A stretch of DNA of 64,000 nt, taken from the NCBI GenBank assembly GCA_001782045.1, contig MFNK01000003.1, positions 204,719-268,718 of the forward strand. Reading direction: 5' to 3'. The notes under the pieces are model-generated. The model did not search any database, had not been told where the DNA came from, and saw only the letters and a list, made by a program, of their open reading frames with translations. Positions 28,185-37,749 of the stretch are shown here, piece by piece (position 1 is the stretch's first letter; each line of letters begins with the position of its first letter). The stretch is from Candidatus Levybacteria bacterium RIFCSPHIGHO2_01_FULL_36_15b. GTDB taxonomy: Bacteria; Patescibacteriota; Microgenomatia; Levybacterales; UBA12049. A program made the position numbers and the translations under genes.

Positions 28185-28238
28185 TTAGTTTTTATTTCTC
28201 AAAAACGCTGGGATGTCCCAAGTGTCATCTTCTTCTTC
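28185..28238 (-). repeat. ftsZ 3' end encoding the conserved C-terminal peptide (copy B of the direct repeat)
   Basis: Encodes [16 protein letters not shown]-stop. DIPAFLR is the canonical FtsZ C-terminal peptide that binds FtsA/ZipA/SepF. Partner of 27714..27764. Confidence 0.6.
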
Positions 28239-29297
28239 AACAGGCGGCTCAACTGGAGGAGGCGGTTGGTTTGGATCTTGTGACTGTGCTTGTATGGGTT
28301 CGTTATTTAAAACCGGCGTTACAAATTCCTTAAGAACTTGCCTGGCTTGGTCAAAGCCAGTGGCCACTACTGTAATTTTCAACTGGTCATGCATTGTGTC
28401 ATCAATTGTTGCTCCAAAAATTATGTTTGCGTCAGGATCTGCTGCTGATGCAATAATTTTTGCTGCTTCGTCAACTTCTGTCATCGTTAAATCTGGTCCA
28501 CCGGTAATATTAAAAAGCACGCCACGCGCTCCTTCCATGGAAATCTCAAGAAGGGGTGAAGCAATCGCTGATCTTGCTGCGGTTTGCGCTCTATTTTCTC
28601 CTACTCCAGTCCCGATTCCCATTAAAGCAGAACCGGCATTCTGCATAATTGATTTTACATCTGCAAAATCAACGTTAATAAGCCCGGGTTGAGTTATAAT
28701 TTCGGAAATTCCCTGCACCCCTTGTGTTAAAACTGAGTCGGCAACTTTAAATGCTTCAAGAAGGGATAATTTTTTATCGACTACATCTAGTATCCTTTGG
28801 TTGGGGATTACAATTAAAGTATCAACTTTATCTTTTAATTCTTCAATTCCGTCTTCTGCAGCAACCATTCTTCGAGTCCCTTCAAATGCAAAAGGTTTTG
28901 TAACAACCGCAACAGTTAATACATTCAATTCCTTTGCAGCCTGTGCGATAATTGGAGTTGCCCCTGTTCCTGTTCCTCCTCCCATTCCAGCGGCTAAAAA
29001 AAGCATGTCCGTACCATCAATTAGTTCTTTTATTTTTTCGTAAGATTCTTCTGCAGATTGCTTACCAACTTCTGGGTTTCCTCCTGAGCCAAGACCCTTT
29101 GTTAAGTCATCGCCTATTTGAAGTTTTGTAGCTGCTTGATTTAAAAGAAGCTGTTGTGCGTCTGTATTTACAGAAATAAAGTCAACTCCCCCAATGCTAC
29201 TCTGCGAAATCATGGAATTGAGTGCATTACCTCCTCCTCCACCTACACCCATAACTCTTATTTTTGCAAAATTGGTTGTTTGGGGTTTAATTAGCAT
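28185..29297 (-). CDS. ftsZ: Cell division GTPase FtsZ
   Basis: [13 protein letters not shown] (tubulin signature), the T7 loop region, NVDFADV, a Pro/Glu-rich linker, and the C-terminal peptide [10 protein letters not shown]. Confidence 0.95.
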   Translation of the reverse strand: MLIKPQTTNFAKIRVMGVGGGGGNALNSMISQSSIGGVDFISVNTDAQQLLLNQAATKLQIGDDLTKGLGSGGNPEVGKQSAEESYEKIKELIDGTDMLFLAAGMGGGTGTGATPIIAQAAKELNVLTVAVVTKPFAFEGTRRMVAAEDGIEELKDKVDTLIVIPNQRILDVVDKKLSLLEAFKVADSVLTQGVQGISEIITQPGLINVDFADVKSIMQNAGSALMGIGTGVGENRAQTAARSAIASPLLEISMEGARGVLFNITGGPDLTMTEVDEAAKIIASAADPDANIIFGATIDDTMHDQLKITVVATGFDQARQVLKEFVTPVLNNEPIQAQSQDPNQPPPPVEPPVEEEDDTWDIPAFLRNKN

Positions 29298-29350
29298 ACG
29301 AAATTAATGGAATACTATCAGATATAAATTTTATTTGCAAGAGTTTAGGC

Positions 29351-30634
29351 TTATGGCAGGAAAGATTTAAAAAACGATATAATTTTAGATATAATTTTAT
29401 TATCAAATTTTAATCCGGGAAGCTGTGGAATAGCTATTCCGAATGGAAGATTACTGGTTACTTCAACATTTGCTCCATATTTTATAAGCCCAATTACAGT
29501 TGAGAAAGACGGTTCTTGCACTTCATCAATTATTCCCTTTAAATCTGCAGCAATAGCTACTCTAACCGGCATTGCGAGCATTCTTTTGGCTGACTCTGTT
29601 GCGCCAACGGTTCTTGCTCCTCCTCCTGTTAAAACCAAACCAGCCGGAGTTTGTCCTGCAAATCCGCTTTTTTTAATTTCAATTCCAACCATTGTAAAAA
29701 GCTCGTTAAGCCTTGGCCTTATTATTCCATCAATTAAAGTCTTTTTTGAAACTTTTTTTAACTCCTCTGCTAAATTAAGCGGCGCTAAATCTACTTCATC
29801 CGAGAATCGCTCCACAGGAGCTTCTTCCTCTGCTAATTTTGCCTTTTTACTTGGATTTGACAAAAATAGTTTTATTTTCTCTGCCGATTCAAGTGATATT
29901 CTAAGTCCTATTGCCAAATCATTTGTTATGTGCCTTGCTCCGATTGGTATAACAGACGAATATGATGCAGCACCCTCTACATAAATAGTAATATTTGTTG
30001 TCCCTGCACCTAAATCTACCAAAACAACACCAAGCTCTTTTTCGGTATCCGTTAATGCCGATAGAGAACTAGCATAACCGCTAAAAACAACAGCATCAAT
30101 ATCTACGCCAACTTCTGAAAAGGCTTTCTCCATATTTCTAATTGACACACTATTTGCGCTAATTATATGGGTATCCACTTCAAGCCTTATACCGGTCATT
30201 CCTATCGGATCTTTAATTCCCTCTGCTCCATCTACAAAGTAGCTTCTTGGAAGTACATGAATTATTTCACGGGATGACGGAAGAGAAACGGCTCTGGCTG
30301 CATCTATAACACGAGTTAGATCGTTATCTGTAATTTCTCCCTCAGGACGGGCCACTGCAACCACACCTCTGCTGTTTTGGGACTCTATGTGACTACCATT
30401 AATCGATGCGATTATGTGCGATGCAGAATATCCTGCCATCCTTTCAGCTGCCTCAAGCGAACTATTTATTGATGCTACGGCATCTTCTATATGAACGATT
30501 TGGCCTTTTTTAATTCCGCTTGAGGGGACTTCCGAAACGCCTAAGATATTAATAAACTCATCTACTTTAGCAATTACAGAAACTACTTTTGAGGTTCCAA
30601 TATCAACGCCTACAACAATTTTTCCTTCGCTCAT
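29351..30634 (-). CDS. ftsA: Cell division protein FtsA (actin-like ATPase)
   Basis: VGVDIGTSKVVSVI phosphate-1 motif, DLGAGTTNITIY phosphate-2, VLTGGGARTVG adenosine motif. 427 aa. Confidence 0.9.
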   Translation of the reverse strand: MSEGKIVVGVDIGTSKVVSVIAKVDEFINILGVSEVPSSGIKKGQIVHIEDAVASINSSLEAAERMAGYSASHIIASINGSHIESQNSRGVVAVARPEGEITDNDLTRVIDAARAVSLPSSREIIHVLPRSYFVDGAEGIKDPIGMTGIRLEVDTHIISANSVSIRNMEKAFSEVGVDIDAVVFSGYASSLSALTDTEKELGVVLVDLGAGTTNITIYVEGAASYSSVIPIGARHITNDLAIGLRISLESAEKIKLFLSNPSKKAKLAEEEAPVERFSDEVDLAPLNLAEELKKVSKKTLIDGIIRPRLNELFTMVGIEIKKSGFAGQTPAGLVLTGGGARTVGATESAKRMLAMPVRVAIAADLKGIIDEVQEPSFSTVIGLIKYGANVEVTSNLPFGIAIPQLPGLKFDNKIISKIISFFKSFLP

Positions 30635-30636
30635 TT

Positions 30637-31053
30637 TTATCTAAAAGAAATAACAGGATTATCAAACCTAAAATCCAAAGTTTTAAGCTTCTTACCCTCT
30701 ATTGTAAGTCTTGAAAGAGTAAGTTGTAAAGAGGAGATTTGGGTCCCAATGTCTTTTTTTGAGGAAAAAAACACCTCGCTATCGTCTTTTAGATAAACTC
30801 TTATAAAACCGTTTTCTTGATTTATTTTTTTATATTCTATACTTTTTTCATGTAACCTTTCTTCCAAGGCTTTATTAGAAGATTGTTGAAAGGGGAGTAA
30901 GGGATTTATATAGAAACTTGAGTTTAGGAAAAAATGAATATATACAAAAGAAAAAAATAATGAAAGCCCGACTGTTAAAAAAAGCACCGCTAGTGCATTC
31001 TTAAAATTCCAAAATTTACCTTCTTTTCTAAGTCTTCTTTTTCTTGCAAACAT
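30637..31053 (-). CDS. Minimal FtsQ/DivIB-like cell division protein (138 aa)
   Basis: Basic N-terminus, one TM helix, short extracytoplasmic domain. Sits at the canonical ftsQ position between murG and ftsA. Overlaps the murG start by 26 nt. Confidence 0.45.
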   Translation of the reverse strand: MFARKRRLRKEGKFWNFKNALAVLFLTVGLSLFFSFVYIHFFLNSSFYINPLLPFQQSSNKALEERLHEKSIEYKKINQENGFIRVYLKDDSEVFFSSKKDIGTQISSLQLTLSRLTIEGKKLKTLDFRFDNPVISFR

Positions 31054-32131
31054 CTTCTAATACTCTAACTATTTTACCAGCCGCATTTTCAAATTTAAAT
31101 TCTTTTCTGTCATTAACTACGTACTTAGAAATATTTAAATAGATATCATTAATTTTATTTGTAAATGCTTCTGAATTTAATTTGTTTTCATTTCCTATTT
31201 CAGCAAGACCTGAATTTTTTAAAAATAAAGCGTTTTTTTCTTGTTCGTTTTTTTGTGAAAAAGAGATCGGAATAAGAAATGAGGGTTTTTCTAAATATAA
31301 AAGCTCCAAAACTGTATTTACACCGGCTCTTGCTACTACTATTTCTGCTTCTTTAATTGCAAGAAGAGCGTCATTTGCGGATAAAAATTTTTCTACCCTA
31401 TAATTATTTATAATTTTTTCAGGTAAGTCATTTTTAATATTTACTAGTTCGTCATAATCTCTATATACCTGTGAATCTCCTGTTTGATGAATAATATAAA
31501 AAGTTTTTAAAAGATTTTTTAATGATTTTAATACAAGTTGATTAATGGTATGTGATCCAAGGCTTCCTCCTGTTATATAAATAACCGGGAGCTTGGTTTT
31601 TTCCTTTTTTTCTTTTTTTAAATTAATTAACTCTTTTTTAATAGGAAGACCAGTTAATATTGTTTTCTGTTTGGGAAAATAAATCCTAGAGCTTTCCCAT
31701 GAAATACAAATTTTTGTAGCAAATCTAGCTAGCATTCTATTTGATAATCCTGCATCAAAAGTTTGCTCGTGAATAACAATTGGGATATTAAAAATTCGCG
31801 CCGCAATTATTATTGGGACCTGTACATACCCCCCAAATCCTAAAACTACATCTGGTTTTACCTTCCTTAAAATACTTACGCTTTCTACTAATCCTTTAGG
31901 AAATTTTACAAATGAAGGGATTGTGTATTTTGTAAATTTACGCTGAAGCCTTGCTGTATTAATATTAAAAAACGGAATTCCGATTTTATCAATCTCTTTA
32001 AATTCCAAGGAAACTGCAGTATCACCCTCTATTGCAAACCTTCTTCCAACATAAAAAATATCGTTATTTCTTAAGTTTTCAATTATTGAGATAGCTGGCG
32101 AAAAGTGCCCTCCAATTATTAAGACTTTCAT
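31028..32131 (-). CDS. murG: Undecaprenyl-PP-MurNAc-pentapeptide UDP-GlcNAc transferase
   Basis: MKVLIIGGHFSPAISI (G-loop), ITGGSLGSHTIN, GT28 architecture. In the dcw position. Confidence 0.85.
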   Translation of the reverse strand: MKVLIIGGHFSPAISIIENLRNNDIFYVGRRFAIEGDTAVSLEFKEIDKIGIPFFNINTARLQRKFTKYTIPSFVKFPKGLVESVSILRKVKPDVVLGFGGYVQVPIIIAARIFNIPIVIHEQTFDAGLSNRMLARFATKICISWESSRIYFPKQKTILTGLPIKKELINLKKEKKEKTKLPVIYITGGSLGSHTINQLVLKSLKNLLKTFYIIHQTGDSQVYRDYDELVNIKNDLPEKIINNYRVEKFLSANDALLAIKEAEIVVARAGVNTVLELLYLEKPSFLIPISFSQKNEQEKNALFLKNSGLAEIGNENKLNSEAFTNKINDIYLNISKYVVNDRKEFKFENAAGKIVRVLEDVCKKKKT

Positions 32132-33198
32132 GCGTTTTGTTTTCTTATATTTAAAAGTATACCAATCGATGATAAATTAACTATTAAAGATGTTCCACCG
32201 TGAGAAATAAACGGTAAGGGAACACCTGTTAACGGCAATAATGCGGTTTGACTACCAAGATTTATTAATATCTGGGTTGCAAGAAAAGCGGTAATTCCTC
32301 CTGCCAAAAGTCTTCCAAAGGTGTCTTTTGCGCTGCTCGAAATTTTAAAACCGCGGATAATTATCGCTATAAAAACAAATATGATTGCAATTGCTCCGAC
32401 AAAGCCAAGTTCTTCAGCAATGATTGCAAAAATTGAGTCAGTTGCATTTTCGGGTAAGTACGCGTATTTCTGCAGCGAATTTCCAAGACCTACTCCAAGA
32501 ACACCACCGGAGCCCAGTGCAATTAAAATCTGCCTAACATGATAGGAAGTATTTGAAACATCTTGATTAAAATTAAAAAAAGTAGTAATTCTTTGTAATC
32601 TATAAGGCTCTATCACCGCAACTATTACTCCTATAATAAATGTGATAGGTGCAAGAACTAAAAGATGTAAAATATTTGCTCCGGAAAGAAAATATATGGT
32701 AATTGCCTCTGCTAAGACAATTATAGATGTCCCCATGTCGGGCTGAAGTATTATTAGAGCTAAAACAAGTCCTATTAAAAGTAAAAACGCAGACAGCCTT
32801 CCCTTTTCCTTTGTTGAAAACCATGCGGACAAATAAATCGCAAGACTTAATTTAATAACTTCAGATGGTTGAAGCGTAAATAACTTAAAATCAATCCATC
32901 TATTTGCCCCCAAAAGCTTCAAACCAAGACCGGGTATAAAAACCATAAACAAAAGCACAATAGATACTATAAGAAGAGGCAGAGCTAAATTATATAACTT
33001 GTGATAATTAAAATTTGCAAAAAAAGTCATTGATAAAAAGCCTAAAAATACCCAAAAAGATTGATCTTTTACAAAATGATATTTATCGGAAAAGTCTCTA
33101 AAGGCAACAAAAGATGACGCATCATATATCATAAAAAGTCCAAAAATAGTTAAGAAAAAAACACTAAATAGAAGCACTAAATCAGTTTTTTTCATCAA
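32128..33198 (-). CDS. ftsW: SEDS family cell division protein FtsW
   Basis: 10 TM helices, PENATDSIFAIIAEELGFVG SEDS motif. Between mraY and murG. Confidence 0.8.
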   Translation of the reverse strand: MMKKTDLVLLFSVFFLTIFGLFMIYDASSFVAFRDFSDKYHFVKDQSFWVFLGFLSMTFFANFNYHKLYNLALPLLIVSIVLLFMVFIPGLGLKLLGANRWIDFKLFTLQPSEVIKLSLAIYLSAWFSTKEKGRLSAFLLLIGLVLALIILQPDMGTSIIVLAEAITIYFLSGANILHLLVLAPITFIIGVIVAVIEPYRLQRITTFFNFNQDVSNTSYHVRQILIALGSGGVLGVGLGNSLQKYAYLPENATDSIFAIIAEELGFVGAIAIIFVFIAIIIRGFKISSSAKDTFGRLLAGGITAFLATQILINLGSQTALLPLTGVPLPFISHGGTSLIVNLSSIGILLNIRKQNA

Positions 33199-34208
33199 TT
33201 AACAAAAGCGAGGAAAAGTCCCAGTAATGCAAAAAAAACGCCTAAAAGCCACCCACGCATAACAATTTTAGGCTCATCCCAACCTCTTTTTAAGAAATAT
33301 AGATGAAAAGGAGCAACGGGAAGCAGTTTCTTCTTCAAAAATTTCTTACCAAGTATCTGAATCAGGGAGGATCCAACTTCCAGAACAAAAACTCCTCCAA
33401 TAACCGCAATCGCTAAGGGCTTCCCTGTCAAAAGTCCAATTATCGCAAGACAAGCTCCCAAAGACATAGATCCAACATCTCCTAACCAAATTCTTGCCTT
33501 GTAAATATTAAAATAAAGAAAAGCACCCACTGATCCTATTAAAATTGCTATAAAAATTCCAAGGCTTTGATCAACAATTGAATACGAAATTGCAAGAAAA
33601 GACACAAGACAAATTAAAAGAAGCCCTGGAGCAAGGCCATCTAATCCATCTGCGATATTAAATGCGTTTGCAAATGCAACAATAACAAAAGCAGCAAAAG
33701 GAATATATAAAAATCCTATATCGGCGCTTCCTAATCCTCTAATAAATAGGGAATTGTAACCTAAATGAAAATATAAAATTACTGCGGGAACTAAGGCTAA
33801 TATCCATTGAATTATAAATTTGTATCTAAATCTTAAACCGAAAAACGGATACTTGCTCGATGAAGCCACTAACTTCTTTGCATCATCATAAAAGCCCAAA
33901 ACTCCAAAACTTATGAAAGTAAAAAGTATTGTAAAAAGCTGCCAAAAATTCGATGGAACCGAAAATATAGCCAAAGACCATAAAAAAAGAATAGTTACAA
34001 TAAAAATAATTAGAAGACCGCCACCGAATGGTGTCCCTACCTTCCATGCATTAAATTTATCAAAAAGAGGTGTTGGCTTATTAAATATATCTACTGTCTG
34101 CTGATGCTGCCTACGAAGTTTTAATTTATAAAGAAAATCTATAAAAGGAACTATTAAAATGAAGGTAAGTATAATTGAAAGAATCGCAATTCCTAAAATT
34201 TGTGCCAT
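33195..34208 (-). CDS. mraY: Phospho-N-acetylmuramoyl-pentapeptide transferase
   Basis: NAFNIADGLDGLAPG and GDVGSMSLG motifs of MraY; polytopic membrane protein. Confidence 0.9.
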   Translation of the reverse strand: MAQILGIAILSIILTFILIVPFIDFLYKLKLRRQHQQTVDIFNKPTPLFDKFNAWKVGTPFGGGLLIIFIVTILFLWSLAIFSVPSNFWQLFTILFTFISFGVLGFYDDAKKLVASSSKYPFFGLRFRYKFIIQWILALVPAVILYFHLGYNSLFIRGLGSADIGFLYIPFAAFVIVAFANAFNIADGLDGLAPGLLLICLVSFLAISYSIVDQSLGIFIAILIGSVGAFLYFNIYKARIWLGDVGSMSLGACLAIIGLLTGKPLAIAVIGGVFVLEVGSSLIQILGKKFLKKKLLPVAPFHLYFLKRGWDEPKIVMRGWLLGVFFALLGLFLAFVN

Positions 34209-34248
34209 AGTACCTATTATAAACTTTTGTAATAGCAGTATTCAATCT

Positions 34249-35007
34249 TTAACTCTTGCGATTTATTGTTGAAAATAGTCTAATAGCCTCATCTAGCTCG
34301 TCTTTCGTATTTACTCCCCTCCAGGGTATTTTTCCAGCTTTATGTGCGTGGATTTTTTCTTTTTTTGCTAAACCTAAATCAATCAAGCTAGTTAGGTAAT
34401 ATTCACCTGTTATAATGCTTGGTTTTATTGTACTAAGATATTTTTTAAGAAAGTCTACACTTGCTACATAACATGCTGGATTTATCTCATTTATTTTTCG
34501 CTGTTCTATAGTGGCATCTTTTTCTTCAACAATACCCTCTAAGTTATTGTTTTCATCCCGGATAATTCTGCCCAGTCCGAAAGGATTTTCTACATCAATG
34601 GTTAAAAAAGTAAAAGATGAATTATTTTTTCTATGTTCTTTAATCAAATCTTCAATCGTTTGTTTTGGGTAAGAGAATGAATCGTCTCCCTGAAGGATAA
34701 TAACATCTGTAATATTGCTGGGAATATCCTGCAATGCGGTTTCCACAGCGTGAGCGGTTCCTTTCCTTTCAGTTTGTTCGGCAAAAATAACATCGTTTGT
34801 ATCTTTAAAAATATTTGTAACAGAGTCTTTTTGAAATCCAACAACTATTACTGTTGGATAAATGTTAACATCTCTTAATAACTCTACTGTTCTTAAAATC
34901 ATAGGCTTGCCGCCGAGGTCAATAGTAACCTTGTTTTCCGTTGTAGATTCCATTCTTTTCCCTTGTCCGGCAGCTAATACAATACCCGCTGTTTTAACTT
35001 CTTTCAT
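34249..35007 (-). CDS. GlcNAc-1-phosphate uridyltransferase domain protein (GlmU N-terminal domain only; no LbH acetyltransferase domain)
   Basis: GIVLAAGQGKRM, QTERKGTAHAV, GIVEEKDATIEQRKINEINPACYV and GEYYLTSLIDL align closely with the E. coli GlmU uridyltransferase domain (GIVEHKDATDEQRQIQEIN..GEYYITDIIAL). The ORF is only 252 aa, so the left-handed beta-helix acetyltransferase half is absent. Confidence 0.75.
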   Translation of the reverse strand: MKEVKTAGIVLAAGQGKRMESTTENKVTIDLGGKPMILRTVELLRDVNIYPTVIVVGFQKDSVTNIFKDTNDVIFAEQTERKGTAHAVETALQDIPSNITDVIILQGDDSFSYPKQTIEDLIKEHRKNNSSFTFLTIDVENPFGLGRIIRDENNNLEGIVEEKDATIEQRKINEINPACYVASVDFLKKYLSTIKPSIITGEYYLTSLIDLGLAKKEKIHAHKAGKIPWRGVNTKDELDEAIRLFSTINRKS

Positions 35008-35009
35008 AT

Positions 35010-36341
35010 TTAGCTTTCCTTAATCCTTTTAATGTTTGCTCCCAAGCTTTTTAGTCTTTGTTCAAATTGCTCGTACCCTCTATCTAAATATCCAAGTCCG
35101 AAGAGAATACTTTTTCCTTCGGCGGATATTGCACCCAGTACTAAAGTTGCTCCCGCCCTTAAATCCGCAATGTCCATAACGGCATTGTGCAATACTATTG
35201 AACCTCTAATTTTGGCAGCATGTAGAAAGCTTTTATTATCATCCGATATATTAAAATTATAAAATTTTGAAGGGTTTTTTACCGGAGGGTTAAAAAGCTC
35301 AATATCGGCGCCCATTTTTTTTAATTCATCAACATAAGTAAATCTGTTTTCGTAAACTCTTTCGTGCAAAACTGACTCGCCATTTGCCTTGGTCATAAGT
35401 ACAGCCCATGGGCCTTGCCAGTCGGTCATGAAACCCGGATAATATCCAGTAGTTACAGCTGCAGGCCTTAACTGCCCCTTGTAATAAAATCTAATTCCTC
35501 TATTTTTAATTTCATAACCTCCACCAACTTGCTCTAGCATTTCAAGAAATTCCTTTAAACCCTTTTCTGAAATGTCTTTTATAAATATATCTCCTTGTGT
35601 AATGATTGAAGCAACTGCAAAAGTAACAACTTCGTTTCTGTCCGGAAAAACTCTAAACTTAGCTGAATTTAAATTTTTTACGCCTTCAATAACAATCGTT
35701 CTTGGCTTTTTCCTTTCTATTCTTGCACCAAGTCTTCGCAAAAATGCAATAAGTTCGTCTATTTCTGGTTCTTGAGCTGCGTTATCTAAAACTGTTTTTC
35801 CCTTGGCTAGTACTGCAGCTAAAATCATTGTTTCCGTACCTGTGTGAGTGCTTTTTTCAAATTTATAATAGGCTCCTTTGAGCCCAGAAGGAGCCTCTGC
35901 GTGAAAATATCCGTCTTTACTTAAATATTTTATTTTAACTCCCATTTTTTTTAGACCCTCTACAACCCTATCTATTGGCCTTGCTCCAATACGGCAGCCT
36001 CCGGGATTTGGAATTATTGCGCTACCAATTCTTGCCAACATAGGAGCTAAAAACATATAAGAGGTTCTTATTTCTGCAGCTTTTTCAAGCGAAATCTTAT
36101 CACTTGTAAACTTTTCCATTTTTACAGTTAATTTGTGATCTTTAAATATAACTTTTCCACCCAATTGCTCTATTATGTCCGCCATAATACGCACATCTGA
36201 AATCAGCGGTATGTTTTCAATTAATATTTCTTTATCCGAAAGACAAGCAGCAACCAATAATTTTAAGGCAACGTTTTTCGATCCAAACATTGACACGCTT
36301 CCTTTTAATTTTTTCCCTCCTATTATTTCAAAATATTCCAT
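35010..36341 (-). CDS. murA: UDP-N-acetylglucosamine 1-carboxyvinyltransferase
   Basis: 443 aa EPSP-synthase-like fold. KLKGSVSMFGSKN, catalytic-loop region with Cys (PGGCRIGARPIDR), LRAGATLVLGAISAEG. Confidence 0.9.
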   Translation of the reverse strand: MEYFEIIGGKKLKGSVSMFGSKNVALKLLVAACLSDKEILIENIPLISDVRIMADIIEQLGGKVIFKDHKLTVKMEKFTSDKISLEKAAEIRTSYMFLAPMLARIGSAIIPNPGGCRIGARPIDRVVEGLKKMGVKIKYLSKDGYFHAEAPSGLKGAYYKFEKSTHTGTETMILAAVLAKGKTVLDNAAQEPEIDELIAFLRRLGARIERKKPRTIVIEGVKNLNSAKFRVFPDRNEVVTFAVASIITQGDIFIKDISEKGLKEFLEMLEQVGGGYEIKNRGIRFYYKGQLRPAAVTTGYYPGFMTDWQGPWAVLMTKANGESVLHERVYENRFTYVDELKKMGADIELFNPPVKNPSKFYNFNISDDNKSFLHAAKIRGSIVLHNAVMDIADLRAGATLVLGAISAEGKSILFGLGYLDRGYEQFEQRLKSLGANIKRIKES

Positions 36342-36342
36342 A

Positions 36343-37749
36343 TTAATTTAAGCTATTTGCTATCTTGTAAATATCCCCGGCACCCATGGTTAAAATTATC
36401 CATTTATCATCATATTTTTTGTCAGCGACGTATTCTACCATATCAGGCAAATTTGAGAAATAGTCCACCTTTTGCCCTTTTGCTAAGATTCTTTCCTTGA
36501 GAAGTAAAGAGGAAATTGAAGAGTCTGGTTTCTCCCGTAATGAGGAATAAATGTCTACGAAAATAGTTTCATTTGCTTGAGTAAATGAGTTAACAAATTG
36601 TTCGAATAATTTTTTTGTTCTAGAGTACGTATGTGGCTGAAATATGCACAATATCTTTTTATCCGGATACGTTTTTTGAAAAGCAGATAGGGTTTTTTTT
36701 ATTTCTGTGGGATGATGGGCATAATCGTCAAATAACATTGCTCCGCTATGCAACTTTTTAACAAACTCAAATCTTCTCTTAGTACCGTTGAACAAAGCTA
36801 GGCCTTTCTTTATATTTTCTATCGAAATCCCTAGCTCTAGGCAAGTTACTGTTGCTGCAAGCGCATTCAAAGCGTTATGCTCGCCTGTAACGTTTAACAT
36901 AAACTCCCCTAAGTTTGTATTTTTATTTGATACCCAGAAAAACATTCCTTCTTTACTCATGCTTACTTTTTCGATTACGAAATCCGCGTCTTTGGAAAAA
37001 CCGTATGTTATTACTGGCGCTGATATTTTATTTTTTATTCTTTTAACTTCTTCATCGTCCATACATACAACTATTTTGTCCTTGACATTTTTGGCAAAAG
37101 TTAAAAATGCCAGGCTCAATTGTTCAACATCTACAAATAAATCAGGATGGTCAAGTTCTATATTTGTTATCACGAGAATATTTGGGTGCAACCATAAAAA
37201 TTTTGGAGTTTTGTCATAAGTTGGCTCAGTCGCATATTCATCAGCCTCCGCAATAAAAAATCTTCCTTTTCCAAAGTGACCGTCTGTTTCAAGATACGGA
37301 ATATTTCCCGTACCTATTAAAAAACTGGGATCAGTCCTGTTTGCCTTGAGTATTGTAGCAATCATTGCAGTTGTTGTTGTTTTTCCATGACTTCCGGCTA
37401 CTGCGACGGTCTCAAACTGTCTTTCAAAAATTTCTCCCTTCATAAATTCAGCTAAGGCTTGTCCTTGAGTCCAAACTGTTATTCCTCTTTGTTTCGCTAG
37501 TGCAACTTCTGGATTATCAAAACCACCATGAGCCCCTGTTGTTATAACTAAATCAGCTTGTCCAATATGATCAGGGGAAAAGCCAACTAAAGGAGAAATT
37601 TTAGCCTTAGCCAAGACCTCATCCGTTATAAATTCTTCATCTATATCACACCCACTAATTTTAAAACCTGCTTCTTTTGCAATAATAGCAAGAGGAGTCA
37701 TCCCTACCCCTCTTATTCCGACGAAATGAATTGACTTATTTGTTTTCAT
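36343..37749 (-). CDS. murC: UDP-N-acetylmuramate--L-alanine ligase
   Basis: IHFVGIRGVGMTPLA, VAGSHGKTTTTAMIA (P-loop), DDYAHHPTEI. Mur ligase three-domain layout. Confidence 0.9.
   Translation of the reverse strand: MKTNKSIHFVGIRGVGMTPLAIIAKEAGFKISGCDIDEEFITDEVLAKAKISPLVGFSPDHIGQADLVITTGAHGGFDNPEVALAKQRGITVWTQGQALAEFMKGEIFERQFETVAVAGSHGKTTTTAMIATILKANRTDPSFLIGTGNIPYLETDGHFGKGRFFIAEADEYATEPTYDKTPKFLWLHPNILVITNIELDHPDLFVDVEQLSLAFLTFAKNVKDKIVVCMDDEEVKRIKNKISAPVITYGFSKDADFVIEKVSMSKEGMFFWVSNKNTNLGEFMLNVTGEHNALNALAATVTCLELGISIENIKKGLALFNGTKRRFEFVKKLHSGAMLFDDYAHHPTEIKKTLSAFQKTYPDKKILCIFQPHTYSRTKKLFEQFVNSFTQANETIFVDIYSSLREKPDSSISSLLLKERILAKGQKVDYFSNLPDMVEYVADKKYDDKWIILTMGAGDIYKIANSLN

Noticed and set aside
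28213-29984. Plus-strand ORFs antisense to ftsZ/ftsA (28213..28692, 28801..29043, 29586..29984) with Gly/Ser/Pro-rich translations
   Set aside because: Typical antisense ORFs inside conserved, relatively GC-richer genes. ftsZ and ftsA on the minus strand are unambiguous.
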